Shown here: positions 9,840 to 19,740 of the stretch, piece by piece
Layout of the letters: every line of letters begins with the position of its first letter
Position numbering within the stretch: position 1 is the first letter of the stretch
Assembly (NCBI GenBank): GCA_013216135.1
Contig: JABSOS010000005.1
Coordinates: 140,682 to 204,681 of the forward strand
From: Candidatus Caenarcanales bacterium
GTDB lineage: Bacteria > Cyanobacteriota > Vampirovibrionia > LMEP-6097
DNA: 64,000 nucleotides
Direction: 5' to 3'
Made by a program: the position numbers and the translations under genes
The notes under the pieces: generated by a model
The model's input: the letters and a program-made list of their open reading frames with translations, nothing else
What the model was told of the DNA's origin: nothing
The model's database searches: none

Positions 9840-10769
9840 TTACTCTTCTAAAGCAAGCTTTCTAAGCCTTTCCCCTTCTACTATTGGGTAAGCGGCTAAA
9901 CCAGTTAGCGATAAAGGAATAACTAACTTTAAGCTTTCTTCACCAGCTAGCATTAGATAGAACTGAGCAGTAGCAAAAATGATCCCCCCAAGTTTCATCA
10001 TGAAACTCTCTCTCATAAACCCAAAGGCTACTTTAGAAAGTCCATCAATAAAACTAGAAAAAGCTAAAGTCCTTACAGAAATAGTTGTCCAGAGGGCAGC
10101 TGTGGCAATATAAAATTCTGTTTTCTCATAAAATCCATTTATGGCAGCAAGTTCAAAGCCAGCAATTATAAATAGTGGAGTAGCACTGATTATTCTAAGT
10201 AGGCTTGAGAAAAACTGAGAGCGGATTGCATCATCGATAAATCTATTCCACTCGCCTAATCTAAGTTTTTCAAGCATTTCCCCAGAGCGAATTACCATTT
10301 CTTGAGCGACAGTGCTGATATATTTCCCAAGATTAATAAAAAATCTTCTACCTCTTAAAAGTGCTCTCTCTGATTTGTAAGTTTCAGGGTGATACTTTAC
10401 TAGTGCTTCATAGCTGTAGTCTACCTTTATCATTCCGACAAAGAGTCCCTCTCTAAAAGAGTTTCCTATAGGGTTTGTTGCGAAATAATTTGTGATAATG
10501 ATTCCTAAAATACCAGTAGTAAGGAATAGTCTGTATTGTGGGATGTAAACCATTAATAAAGGAATATTTTGCGCGCCACAAGAAAAAAGAAGGATTTGAT
10601 TAGAAACATTATAAATATCTTCTAAGCCTAGAATTACGAAAAGTGCTGTGACTAAGCCCATCGTAAAAGAAAGATATCCGAAGAATTCATTAAGGATAAT
10701 TCTAGGGTCAGCTATTCTTATTGAGATTTCTTTGTTTAGATTTATGGGCATCGATGATTGCATAGTCAA
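9840..10769 (-). CDS. Hypothetical multi-pass membrane protein
   Basis: 309-aa ORF with several hydrophobic segments. Confidence 0.65.
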   Translation of the reverse strand: MTMQSSMPINLNKEISIRIADPRIILNEFFGYLSFTMGLVTALFVILGLEDIYNVSNQILLFSCGAQNIPLLMVYIPQYRLFLTTGILGIIITNYFATNPIGNSFREGLFVGMIKVDYSYEALVKYHPETYKSERALLRGRRFFINLGKYISTVAQEMVIRSGEMLEKLRLGEWNRFIDDAIRSQFFSSLLRIISATPLFIIAGFELAAINGFYEKTEFYIATAALWTTISVRTLAFSSFIDGLSKVAFGFMRESFMMKLGGIIFATAQFYLMLAGEESLKLVIPLSLTGLAAYPIVEGERLRKLALEE

Positions 10770-10777
10770 TCATTTTA

Positions 10778-12175
10778 CTAAGAATTGTTCAGGATAGGAA
10801 GTGCCGCAGTAAATGTGGTGTTAGATGGAGATTTATAAGCTAACTTTCCACCTGCTAGTTTCAATAATTTATTGAGATCAAATAGCCCCTTTCCATTGGT
10901 TTCAGTCGGGTTATCTCTTGTTGTTACAATCTTTTCAAATATTTTTTCTGGATCAGCCTTCATAGGGTTTGCGCTAGTTACTGATAGTTGTAACTCTTCG
11001 CCTACCTCTTTAACATTAATTTGAATGCTACTATCTTGCTCATTAATTCCATGGTCAATTGCATTATTTACTAGGCAATCTAAAGCATTTAATAAAGTTT
11101 GAAGATAGATTTCACCATCTGTCTTGATGTTATTATCTACAGTGGTATTGATGAATATATTTTTTTCATTTGCTGGTCTATTTAAAATATTTTTTATTCT
11201 TTCGTTAAACTTTTTTTCTAGGAGATTTTTGGAAATAGTCACAGGTTCTTCATTTAACAGCTCTAATCCAGAATCTAGAATAGTATTTATTGGTTTGGGG
11301 TCATAGCATATATTGAATTTTTCTATGTTTGACGCATATATGCATGAGATGGCTGGAGTGAGATAACTTCTAATATCGTGATGAATTCTACTTGCGATGA
11401 TTTTACTTTTATCGTTGAAGGAATTTGATGTTGTTATTTTAGTTAGAAGGTCAGTATAGTCAGCTCCCGTAATTTTAATGATTTGATTTGTTGAATCTTT
11501 TGCAAGCTTGCTAGCACTATCGAAATTTTTATTTTTATATTCTTGAGCAATATTATTTAAGATTTTTACTAGAGGACTCAGTAATGTTTGAAATTCATTT
11601 ATCATTTCTTCTGATTTATTTTCTTTAACTTCAGCTTTACTGATTTTCTGAATTTTTTCTACTTTATCATTTTTAACTTCTTTACTATTCTGGATCTCTA
11701 AATTTCTTTCTAGGCTGTCTTTAAGCTCGATAATTTCATTTAAATTATTTTCTAACACTTCAATCATTTTTTCATCATTAAGAAGCTCTTTTTTCCAGGA
11801 TAGAAAGCCTAAGGTTTGTTGAAAATTAGAAACTTGAGTTTTGATTTCTTCAATAGTTTCTTTTTCATGGGGCTTATTTTTAGATAGGGACTTTAATTCT
11901 TGTTTTAGTTTTTTATTTTGAGTCTGCTGCTTTTTAATTTCATTAAGAAGATTTTCTTGTGAATCTTCATCTTTTGGGGAATTGATTATAAGATCTATCA
12001 CGTTTTTAAAATTTATAATTTGTTCATTAAGCTCAGCAGTACTTTCTTTAGCTGGAGTTTTTGCTTGTTTGAATTTTAAATTTGATAAATCTTTAACAAA
12101 AGAACTTTCCCATAAATTTGGAGCATTTGTGAAAAATTTAGAATATCTATAACCGGAAGTCTTATCTTGAGTCAT
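10778..12175 (-). CDS. Soluble orphan histidine kinase-like protein (HisKA/HATPase_c)
   Basis: H-box HHDIRSYLTP, N-box LVNNAIDHG, F-box EKIFEK, G2 GKGLF; coiled-coil N-terminus; no TM helix. Confidence 0.7.
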   Translation of the reverse strand: MTQDKTSGYRYSKFFTNAPNLWESSFVKDLSNLKFKQAKTPAKESTAELNEQIINFKNVIDLIINSPKDEDSQENLLNEIKKQQTQNKKLKQELKSLSKNKPHEKETIEEIKTQVSNFQQTLGFLSWKKELLNDEKMIEVLENNLNEIIELKDSLERNLEIQNSKEVKNDKVEKIQKISKAEVKENKSEEMINEFQTLLSPLVKILNNIAQEYKNKNFDSASKLAKDSTNQIIKITGADYTDLLTKITTSNSFNDKSKIIASRIHHDIRSYLTPAISCIYASNIEKFNICYDPKPINTILDSGLELLNEEPVTISKNLLEKKFNERIKNILNRPANEKNIFINTTVDNNIKTDGEIYLQTLLNALDCLVNNAIDHGINEQDSSIQINVKEVGEELQLSVTSANPMKADPEKIFEKIVTTRDNPTETNGKGLFDLNKLLKLAGGKLAYKSPSNTTFTAALPILNNS

Positions 12176-12334
12176 GTGGCTAATTCTAGTACTAAAGTAT
12201 GAGTAGCTCTATTAATTTTTATTATGTATTTATGTTTTTGATTGCAGCAGTATTGATCTTGTTATATCCAATAGTCTTTCAGATACCTCAGAGACTCTAA
12301 GAAAAAGCTGATTTTTAAGCTATAATAGTAATTT

Positions 12335-13501
12335 ATGAAAGATAAGGATTTCTTGATGATTCCTGGACCTACTCCTGTTCCTGAGTCAGTATTACACGCT
12401 TTAGCTAAACACCCTATAGGACATAGATCGAAAGAGTTTTCTAAGATTTTTTGTTCTGCTAATGAAAAGTTAAAAAAAATAGCTAAAACTAAAAATGATG
12501 TTTTTATTTATACAGCAAGTGGTACTGGAGCTATGGAAGCTGGTATCGCTAATACCATTAACCCAGGTGATAAAGTTCTTTCTTTAGTAATAGGTGTTTT
12601 TGGGCAGAGATTTGCTGATATAGCTAAGCTATACGGTGCTGATGTAACTGAAATTAAGGTTAATCCTGGTGAAGCTATTAGCCCTGATCAGTTAAAAGAG
12701 AAATTGAAAGAATATAAAGAAGGGGAACTTAAAGCAGTTACTTTAACTCATTCTGAAACTTCTACTGGAACAGCTAATCCTATCGATAAGCTTATTTCAC
12801 TTATTAAAGAGACAGGTGCTTTAGTCATGATGGATGCTGTTACTAGTCTTGCTTGTATGCCACTTGACTGTGATGAACTAGGTATAGATGTACTAGTTTC
12901 TGGTTCGCAGAAAGGATTTATGATTCCTCCTGGACTTAGCTTTATTTATGTTTCAGAGAAGGCTTACGCAGCTAAAGCTGAATGTAAAACACCGACTTAC
13001 TATTTCTGTTGGAATCAAGCTAAAAAAGCTTTAGCGAATGATACTACACCATGGACACCTAATGTTAACCATATAGTAGCTTTAGAAGTAGCTTTAACTT
13101 CTATGTGTGAAGAAGGTATTGATAATGTGACAGCTAGGCATGCACGCTTAAGAGATACTTTAAGGGCTGGAATTAAGGCTTTAGGTTTAAAACTTTTGAC
13201 TGAAGATGAAACAGCTTCAGCTGCGATAACAGCTATTTATCCTCCTGAAGGTATTGCTGTACCAGACATTAGAGCTGCTTTTAAGAATGATTGGAACATG
13301 ATCGTTGCTAATGGTCAGAAAGATCTTAAAGATAAGATTTTTAGAATGGGACATTTAGGTTTCGTGACCGATAGAGATATTCTTACAGGTTTATCAGCTT
13401 TAGAGGCAGTTATGACTAAACTTGGGCATAAATTTGAAGCGGGGGCAGCTTTAGCTGCTTACCAGAAAGCATTAAAAGAAAAAGAGCTTTGCGCTGCATA
13501 A
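12335..13501 (+). CDS. Class V PLP-dependent aminotransferase (serine/alanine-glyoxylate type)
   Basis: LMIPGPTP, SGTGAME, HSETSTG, DAVTS, SGSQKG, FRMGHLG. Confidence 0.93.
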   Translation: MKDKDFLMIPGPTPVPESVLHALAKHPIGHRSKEFSKIFCSANEKLKKIAKTKNDVFIYTASGTGAMEAGIANTINPGDKVLSLVIGVFGQRFADIAKLYGADVTEIKVNPGEAISPDQLKEKLKEYKEGELKAVTLTHSETSTGTANPIDKLISLIKETGALVMMDAVTSLACMPLDCDELGIDVLVSGSQKGFMIPPGLSFIYVSEKAYAAKAECKTPTYYFCWNQAKKALANDTTPWTPNVNHIVALEVALTSMCEEGIDNVTARHARLRDTLRAGIKALGLKLLTEDETASAAITAIYPPEGIAVPDIRAAFKNDWNMIVANGQKDLKDKIFRMGHLGFVTDRDILTGLSALEAVMTKLGHKFEAGAALAAYQKALKEKELCAA

Positions 13502-13510
13502 GAGGACTTA

Positions 13511-15247
13511 ATGGCAACTAAAGTAAAAAAAGTAGATAATAGGGTTTTAAGATTATACGTTCTTGGTGGGCTTCATGAGCTTGGTAAGAACATGTTTGTT
13601 TTTGAGGCTCATAACGCTGATAAACCTGAAGAGTCTGAGTATATTATTTTAGATGCTGGTTTAAGATACATTGGTCATGAAGAACCTGGTATCGATTATG
13701 CAATGGCTGATTACAGGTTTTTAAAAGATAAGAAAAAACAAATTAAAGCTTTAATTCTTAGTTCGCCACATGATAGACATTGCGGAGCAGCTCATCAGAT
13801 AATTTGTAACCTTGAGATAGAAAATGTTTATGGTCCTGGACTTGCTTTGGAGCTTACGAAGGCAGAATTAAATCCTGAAACTGTTAAAAAAATTAATTGG
13901 ACTTTACTTGATTCTCGTTTTGAGATTGACTTAGGTCCATTTCATTTAACCTCTTACTATATTACAAGTCATACTGGTGAAAACTATGCTTTATTAATAG
14001 AGGCTTTAGGTAAAAAAATATTTTACTCTGGTAGTTTTAAAATAGACCAAACACCTACTGATTCTCGTAAAACTGATATTTCAGGAATGCTTTCTCATTT
14101 AGAAGCTAAGGCTGAGTTTGCAAAATCGGCTGATTTATATATAGGTGACTCTACTAATGTTGAGTTTACTGGCTATTCTAAATCTGAAAAAGATATACTC
14201 CCTACTTTTAAAAAGATTTTTGCTGAAAATAAAGAATCAAGAATTATTGTTAATACTTATGATTCGAATGTTGTAAGGATTGTAAATCTTTTTGCTTTAG
14301 CTCAGGAGTTTAATAGGAAAGTAGTCTTAGTTCATAGAAATATGAGAAAAGTAGTTGCTGCCGTTGAAAGGCTTACTACATACGACATTAATGATGACAT
14401 GATTATTAGTATTCAGGAAGCTAAAGATCATAAAGATTCTGAGTTGCTTATGCTAACTGGTTCTCCAGAAGACTTAGCTTTAGATAGTTTGGAGATGATT
14501 ACTTATAATAAAAGTTTAGAGCTGAATCTTAAAGAAGGTGATGTTATCGTTAACAGTGCAGATCTTCCTCCAGGAACTGTTCGTAAGATGGCACAGATTT
14601 CTGACCAATGCTTTTTAAGATCAGTGAAAATGATTGGCGGTAGAAATGCAAATGTAAACGTAGAGTCTAATGCTCTTACTGAAGAGCTTAAGTTTATGTT
14701 TAATGTTACTCGCCCTAAGTATTTCCTACCTGCTCTTGGTGAAACTCGTCAATTGGTTAAACATGCAAAACTTGCTGTGGAAACTGGTTTTGATCCTGGT
14801 TCTATACTTATTTTAGATAATGGAGATGTTATTGAATTTGCTGATAATAATGTTGTTCGTGTGATTGATCAGGTTCCTTACGAAGAAATTCTCTATAGTA
14901 TGATGGATCACTATGTACTAGAAGAGCATTTAGTGAAAACTAGAGATGTGATGTCGCGTGAAGGTGTAGTCATAGTCAGCTTTTCGTTGAATCGTAAGAA
15001 TAAAAAAATTGTTGCTGGACCTCTATTTTCTGCTAAAGCTTGTACTTTCTCTAAGAATAAAGAATGGAAAGCTTTTTGCATGTTCAATACTCAGCCAATA
15101 GTTGAAGCTGTTGATGCTCTTTACTCTGGTAAACCTGAAGCTACTATTCAAGAGTGTGAAGAGATAGTTAAATCTCATATGCAGAAAGTAATTAAGCAAC
15201 AAATAGGAAAGAGACCTGAACTTATAGTTCATGCAAGTCAAGTGTAG
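13511..15247 (+). CDS. rnj: Ribonuclease J-like beta-CASP protein with degenerate catalytic motifs
   Basis: LGGLHELGKNM, LDAG, FKIDQTP, DSTN, C-terminal KRP; metal-binding motifs altered (see findings). Confidence 0.8.
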   Translation: MATKVKKVDNRVLRLYVLGGLHELGKNMFVFEAHNADKPEESEYIILDAGLRYIGHEEPGIDYAMADYRFLKDKKKQIKALILSSPHDRHCGAAHQIICNLEIENVYGPGLALELTKAELNPETVKKINWTLLDSRFEIDLGPFHLTSYYITSHTGENYALLIEALGKKIFYSGSFKIDQTPTDSRKTDISGMLSHLEAKAEFAKSADLYIGDSTNVEFTGYSKSEKDILPTFKKIFAENKESRIIVNTYDSNVVRIVNLFALAQEFNRKVVLVHRNMRKVVAAVERLTTYDINDDMIISIQEAKDHKDSELLMLTGSPEDLALDSLEMITYNKSLELNLKEGDVIVNSADLPPGTVRKMAQISDQCFLRSVKMIGGRNANVNVESNALTEELKFMFNVTRPKYFLPALGETRQLVKHAKLAVETGFDPGSILILDNGDVIEFADNNVVRVIDQVPYEEILYSMMDHYVLEEHLVKTRDVMSREGVVIVSFSLNRKNKKIVAGPLFSAKACTFSKNKEWKAFCMFNTQPIVEAVDALYSGKPEATIQECEEIVKSHMQKVIKQQIGKRPELIVHASQV

Positions 15248-15255
15248 GTGAGAAT

Positions 15256-18200
15256 TTGCTTTTAGATCTAATTGAAAAAGATAACAATTTTAATACTATT
15301 TTCCATCGTCTAACAGCGAAGAACGAATTAATAGTTCATGGCTTAACTAATTCAGCAAAGAGTTTCGTCATTGCCAACCTTTTTAAGCAGTTGAAAAAAC
15401 ATACTTTGTTTGTGGTTAATAATCACTATGAAGCTCAGACCTATTACCGTGAGATAAAAAATTTATTAGGTGAAAACTTTCCAGTTTTTAACTTCCTTTG
15501 TCAGGAAATCTCACCTTATGATCAGATTAACTCTGATGTGCAAGTGACCTCTAGTCAATATCAAATTTTCTCTGCTTGGTCTGAAGAAACACCTTCTATT
15601 ACTATTATTACTTTTAAGGCCTTTTCTCAAATCTACATCCAAAAAGAGCTTGTAGAAAAGTTTAGTCTTGATGTTAAGAATGATGAAACTATCGAGCCTT
15701 TAGATTTGTCTCGCAAACTAGTTGAACTGGGTTACTCAAAACAATTCATGGTAGAAAACCGTGGGCAGTTTAGCCATAGAGGAGATATTTTAGATGTTTA
15801 TCCTTTAAATGGTGAGCCCACTAGAATTGAATTTTTCGGTGACAGTATAGAAAGTATCAGAACTTTTTCTATTAGTTCTCAAAGATCTATTAATAAGTTA
15901 GATAAAGTTTCTGTTCATCCACGTTACTCTATAATTCGTTCTGAGACTGATGGCTTAGAAGAAAAGCTAATGTCACTTCTTAAAGATTACAGCTCAAAGC
16001 TTGATGAGGAGACGCGTGAAGGGCTAGAGCTTTCTTTGTCTCATAACATTAGTGCAGAGAATAAATTACTTTATTGGGAAGGTGTTGAATACTATAGATC
16101 TATACTTGGGCAGGGGTATAGCTCTCTCTTTGATTACTTACCAGCTGAAGCTAATCTTCAATTCATTTTTGATGAGTGGGAAGACTTACTTCTGTATAAC
16201 AGATCTTGGCAGGATAAAATTCAAGATCAATATGAGGATGGGATTAATATTGGTAAATTATTGCCGATAGAGTCAAACCTATATTTAGATGCAACGAAGA
16301 TTACTGAGCAGATTAAATCTTATAAGAAACGTTTATACTTCCAAAACGTAGAAGAACTAGATTCTAATGCTGATGATTTAAGTGTAGAGATTAGAACTTT
16401 ACCTACAGAAAGGTTTGCTAGTAAAGTTGAAGACTTTGTTGCCTATATAAAGAAAAATATCCGTGAAGGTGAGCGAGTAATTATATTTAGTGAACAGCCT
16501 CAAAGGGCTATGGGGATTTTAAAAGAATGGGATATTCAATGTCTCTATCTCACTATTAATGAAGATTATCAAGGTATTCCACAGGATCATGTAATCATTC
16601 AGCGTGATGGTTTGGAGGAAGGAACTAGAATCCCTGAGCTTAATCTATTGATTCTTACAGATAGAGAACTGTTTGGTAGAAGTAGGCAAGCTGTTGCTAG
16701 ACAGAAGAATAAGAAGAAAGATAAAGAAAAAGAATTAGAAAAGCAAAGAAGAAAAAATGCTTATACTGACATTGCAGACTTAAATGTTGATGACCATGTC
16801 ATTCATTATAAGCATGGTTTAGGTATCTATAAAGGTACTGAAATGGTTGAGCTTACAGGGATTGGTAAGCAAGAGTATTTGATTCTTGAATATGCAGGTG
16901 AAGCTAGAGTTTTAATTCCTGTCGATCAGGTTAATCTACTTTCACGTTTTGATATGGCTGGTGATGCTAAGCCTAAGTTATCTAAGCTTGGTGGTAATGA
17001 GTGGACTAGAACTAAAACTCGCGTCAGAAAGTCAGTTAAGAAGATTGCTCAAGACTTAGTAGCTTTGTATGCTCGTCGAGAAAAGCAAAGAGGTCATATT
17101 TATCAGCATGATACTCCTTGGCAGCTTGAAATGGAAGATGCATTCCCTTATGATGAAACAGAAGATCAACTAAAAGCTATTGTTAATGTTAAAGCTGATA
17201 TGGAATCAGAGAAGCTTATGGACAGGCTTATCTGTGGTGATGCTGGTTTTGGTAAAACAGAAGTTATTATTAGAGCTATCTTTAAAGTGATGATGGAAGG
17301 TAAACAGGTTGCTGTGCTTGTCCCTACCACTGTTTTAGCTCAGCAGCACTTTAATGTAATGCGTGATCGCTACGCTCCTTATCCAGTTAAGATGGGTTTA
17401 CTTTCTCGCTTTAAATCAGCTAAAGAACAGAAAGAAACTATTAAAGCTTTGCGTACTGGTGAATGTGACTTAGTTATCGGTACTCATCGTTTATTACAAA
17501 AAGATATCCAATTCAAAGAATTAGGACTTCTTGTAATAGACGAGGAACAGCGTTTCGGGGTTAGTCATAAAGAGAAATTAAAAGAGATTAGAAAAGATTT
17601 GGATGTTATATCAATGTCAGCGACACCTATCCCAAGAACTCTTCACATGTCTCTTTCAGGGATAAAAGATATTAGTTTAATTTCTACAGCTCCTACTAAT
17701 CGTTTACCAGTAAAAACTTTTGTAGGTGAGTATAAGTCTTCAGTAGTGCGTAACGCTGTTCTTCATGAGATTGAACGTGGTGGTAAGGTTTTCATCTTAC
17801 ACAATAGAGTTGAATCTATTCAAGAAATTGCATATGAAATTGCTGACCTTGTTCCTGAAGCAAATATCCGTGTTGCTCACGGACAGATGAAACCACAGGA
17901 ACTTGAAGATACGATGTTTTCATTTGTAAATAATGAATTTAATGTTCTTGTCTGTACGACTATCATTGAGACTGGTTTAGATATCAGTGATGCGAATACC
18001 ATAATTATTAATAGAGCAAATACCTTTGGTCTTTCTCAGCTTTATCAGCTTCGTGGTCGTGTTGGTCGTTCTGATGTTCAAGCTTATGCCTATCTTCTCT
18101 ACTCTTCTGCTGCAGATCTTTCCGAGACAGCAAGGCAGAGGCTTAAAGCTATTAAGGAATTAACAAATCTAGGTGCGGGTTACCAAGTAGCTTTGCGTGA

Positions 18201-18810
18201 CATGGAAATACGTGGTGTCGGTAATGTCTTTGGTGCGGAGCAACATGGACACATGGTTGCTGTCGGTGCAAGCTTGTACTTTAAGATGCTTGGAGACGCT
18301 ATTTCAGAAGTTAAAGGTGAAAAATCTAATCTTGAAGAATTTGAAAATTCTTGTGTTCTTGATATTAAGGTTAGCGCTTTCTTCCCTGAGACTTGGATTC
18401 CAGATGAGCATCAGAGAATGAATGAGTATAAGAGACTTTCATTGATTGATAATCAAAAAGATCTTGATAACATAGTTGCAGAGTGGTCTGACAGATTTGG
18501 ACGTTTACCATCTGAGGCTAAATATTTAATTGAAGTAAGTAAAATTAAATTATTTGCGAACTCTAAAAACATTTCTAGTATTACTGAAGAGGCTGGTGAA
18601 GTTAAAATCTATGCTAACTTACGTTTGCAGAAGTGGTTACGTTCTCAAAGAGCATTGCCTCAAATCATTCAATCTAAAACCATGTTTAAACCAGGTACTG
18701 CTGGTGGCATGAAAAATGCTCAGTCACATATTCTTCTGAAGAGTGAGTTTATGGATGTTGACCAAAAACTAGAGGCTGTTAGAGAGATATTACAGGTCTT
18801 GGAAGTTTAG
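15256..18810 (+). CDS. mfd: Transcription-repair coupling factor
   Basis: UvrB-like N-terminus, HGLGIYKG (RID), DRLICGDAGFGKT, DEEQRFG, SATPIPRT, QLRGRVGRS. Confidence 0.97.
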   Translation: MLLDLIEKDNNFNTIFHRLTAKNELIVHGLTNSAKSFVIANLFKQLKKHTLFVVNNHYEAQTYYREIKNLLGENFPVFNFLCQEISPYDQINSDVQVTSSQYQIFSAWSEETPSITIITFKAFSQIYIQKELVEKFSLDVKNDETIEPLDLSRKLVELGYSKQFMVENRGQFSHRGDILDVYPLNGEPTRIEFFGDSIESIRTFSISSQRSINKLDKVSVHPRYSIIRSETDGLEEKLMSLLKDYSSKLDEETREGLELSLSHNISAENKLLYWEGVEYYRSILGQGYSSLFDYLPAEANLQFIFDEWEDLLLYNRSWQDKIQDQYEDGINIGKLLPIESNLYLDATKITEQIKSYKKRLYFQNVEELDSNADDLSVEIRTLPTERFASKVEDFVAYIKKNIREGERVIIFSEQPQRAMGILKEWDIQCLYLTINEDYQGIPQDHVIIQRDGLEEGTRIPELNLLILTDRELFGRSRQAVARQKNKKKDKEKELEKQRRKNAYTDIADLNVDDHVIHYKHGLGIYKGTEMVELTGIGKQEYLILEYAGEARVLIPVDQVNLLSRFDMAGDAKPKLSKLGGNEWTRTKTRVRKSVKKIAQDLVALYARREKQRGHIYQHDTPWQLEMEDAFPYDETEDQLKAIVNVKADMESEKLMDRLICGDAGFGKTEVIIRAIFKVMMEGKQVAVLVPTTVLAQQHFNVMRDRYAPYPVKMGLLSRFKSAKEQKETIKALRTGECDLVIGTHRLLQKDIQFKELGLLVIDEEQRFGVSHKEKLKEIRKDLDVISMSATPIPRTLHMSLSGIKDISLISTAPTNRLPVKTFVGEYKSSVVRNAVLHEIERGGKVFILHNRVESIQEIAYEIADLVPEANIRVAHGQMKPQELEDTMFSFVNNEFNVLVCTTIIETGLDISDANTIIINRANTFGLSQLYQLRGRVGRSDVQAYAYLLYSSAADLSETARQRLKAIKELTNLGAGYQVALRDMEIRGVGNVFGAEQHGHMVAVGASLYFKMLGDAISEVKGEKSNLEEFENSCVLDIKVSAFFPETWIPDEHQRMNEYKRLSLIDNQKDLDNIVAEWSDRFGRLPSEAKYLIEVSKIKLFANSKNISSITEEAGEVKIYANLRLQKWLRSQRALPQIIQSKTMFKPGTAGGMKNAQSHILLKSEFMDVDQKLEAVREILQVLEV

Positions 18811-18812
18811 TA

Positions 18813-19457
18813 GTGATGATGAATCAAAAAGACCAGAGAGAACTACTTGGATATTCCTCTAATATTGCAAGCTTTATAATTGTCGTATTATCAATCTTTG
18901 ATTGGATTTCTAGGGAGATCTTGACGACAATCTTTGTTGGTCTATTTTATTTATTAATTGTTTATGTACCAATATTAATGATTATTATTTGGTCTTTTGT
19001 ATATGGATTCAAGAATAGAAAAACTAAGCAAATAAAAAGCTGGACCCCTTTTCTCACTAATATGGTTGCAATAATACTTGTACTAATTATGAATTATTTT
19101 CATATTGGTAGAATAGTTAATTTTTATTTGAATCTTAATACTCGTAATGAAGTTATCAATAAAGTTAAAAATAAAGAATTAGAGGTTAATAGTCATGGCA
19201 CTTATTTTACCTTACGTGATAAGAATAAGATTTCTCAAGGAAAAGTAATAATAGGTAAATTTATAAATAATGAAATGAACATGCTTTTTCATTATTTTGA
19301 TCAAAGTCCTTTTATACATAGTTTTTCTGGATACCTTTATGCTTCTAATAATAAATTTGAGAATATAAATTTTATTCAATGTTATGGGAAAATTGAAAAA
19401 TATAAAATAAAAGATAACTGGTATTGGGTATCATGCTTAGATTACAGAGAGTATTAA
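18813..19457 (+). CDS. Hypothetical membrane protein (about 3 N-terminal TM helices)
   Basis: 214-aa ORF, very AT-rich. Confidence 0.6.
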   Translation: MMMNQKDQRELLGYSSNIASFIIVVLSIFDWISREILTTIFVGLFYLLIVYVPILMIIIWSFVYGFKNRKTKQIKSWTPFLTNMVAIILVLIMNYFHIGRIVNFYLNLNTRNEVINKVKNKELEVNSHGTYFTLRDKNKISQGKVIIGKFINNEMNMLFHYFDQSPFIHSFSGYLYASNNKFENINFIQCYGKIEKYKIKDNWYWVSCLDYREY

Positions 19458-19740
19458 TCGACAATTTGGGAATAATTAGTTATTGTAATTTCTAGAGTTA
19501 CATAAAAGAGATTTCTATGCCTTTAACGAGATTCAGAGATGCTTTGATTGCTACCAGTATTTTCGCTACTGCTCATCATGTTAATTCTGAACTTATTTTT
19601 GATAATTTTTCTGTGCCCCTGGATTCTATTACAAAAAATAACTATGAGCTGGTTCAACCCAACTCTCATTTTAAATCCTGTAATTGGTAAAAATAATTCA
19701 GATAATGGATAATTACTAACTAGTTTATAATTAAGTAAAT

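Noticed and set aside
19458-19740. glmS ribozyme, or a 57-aa ORF at 19517-19690
   Set aside because: No ribozyme core was seen and glmS looks leaderless. The small ORF has no motif or clear SD support.
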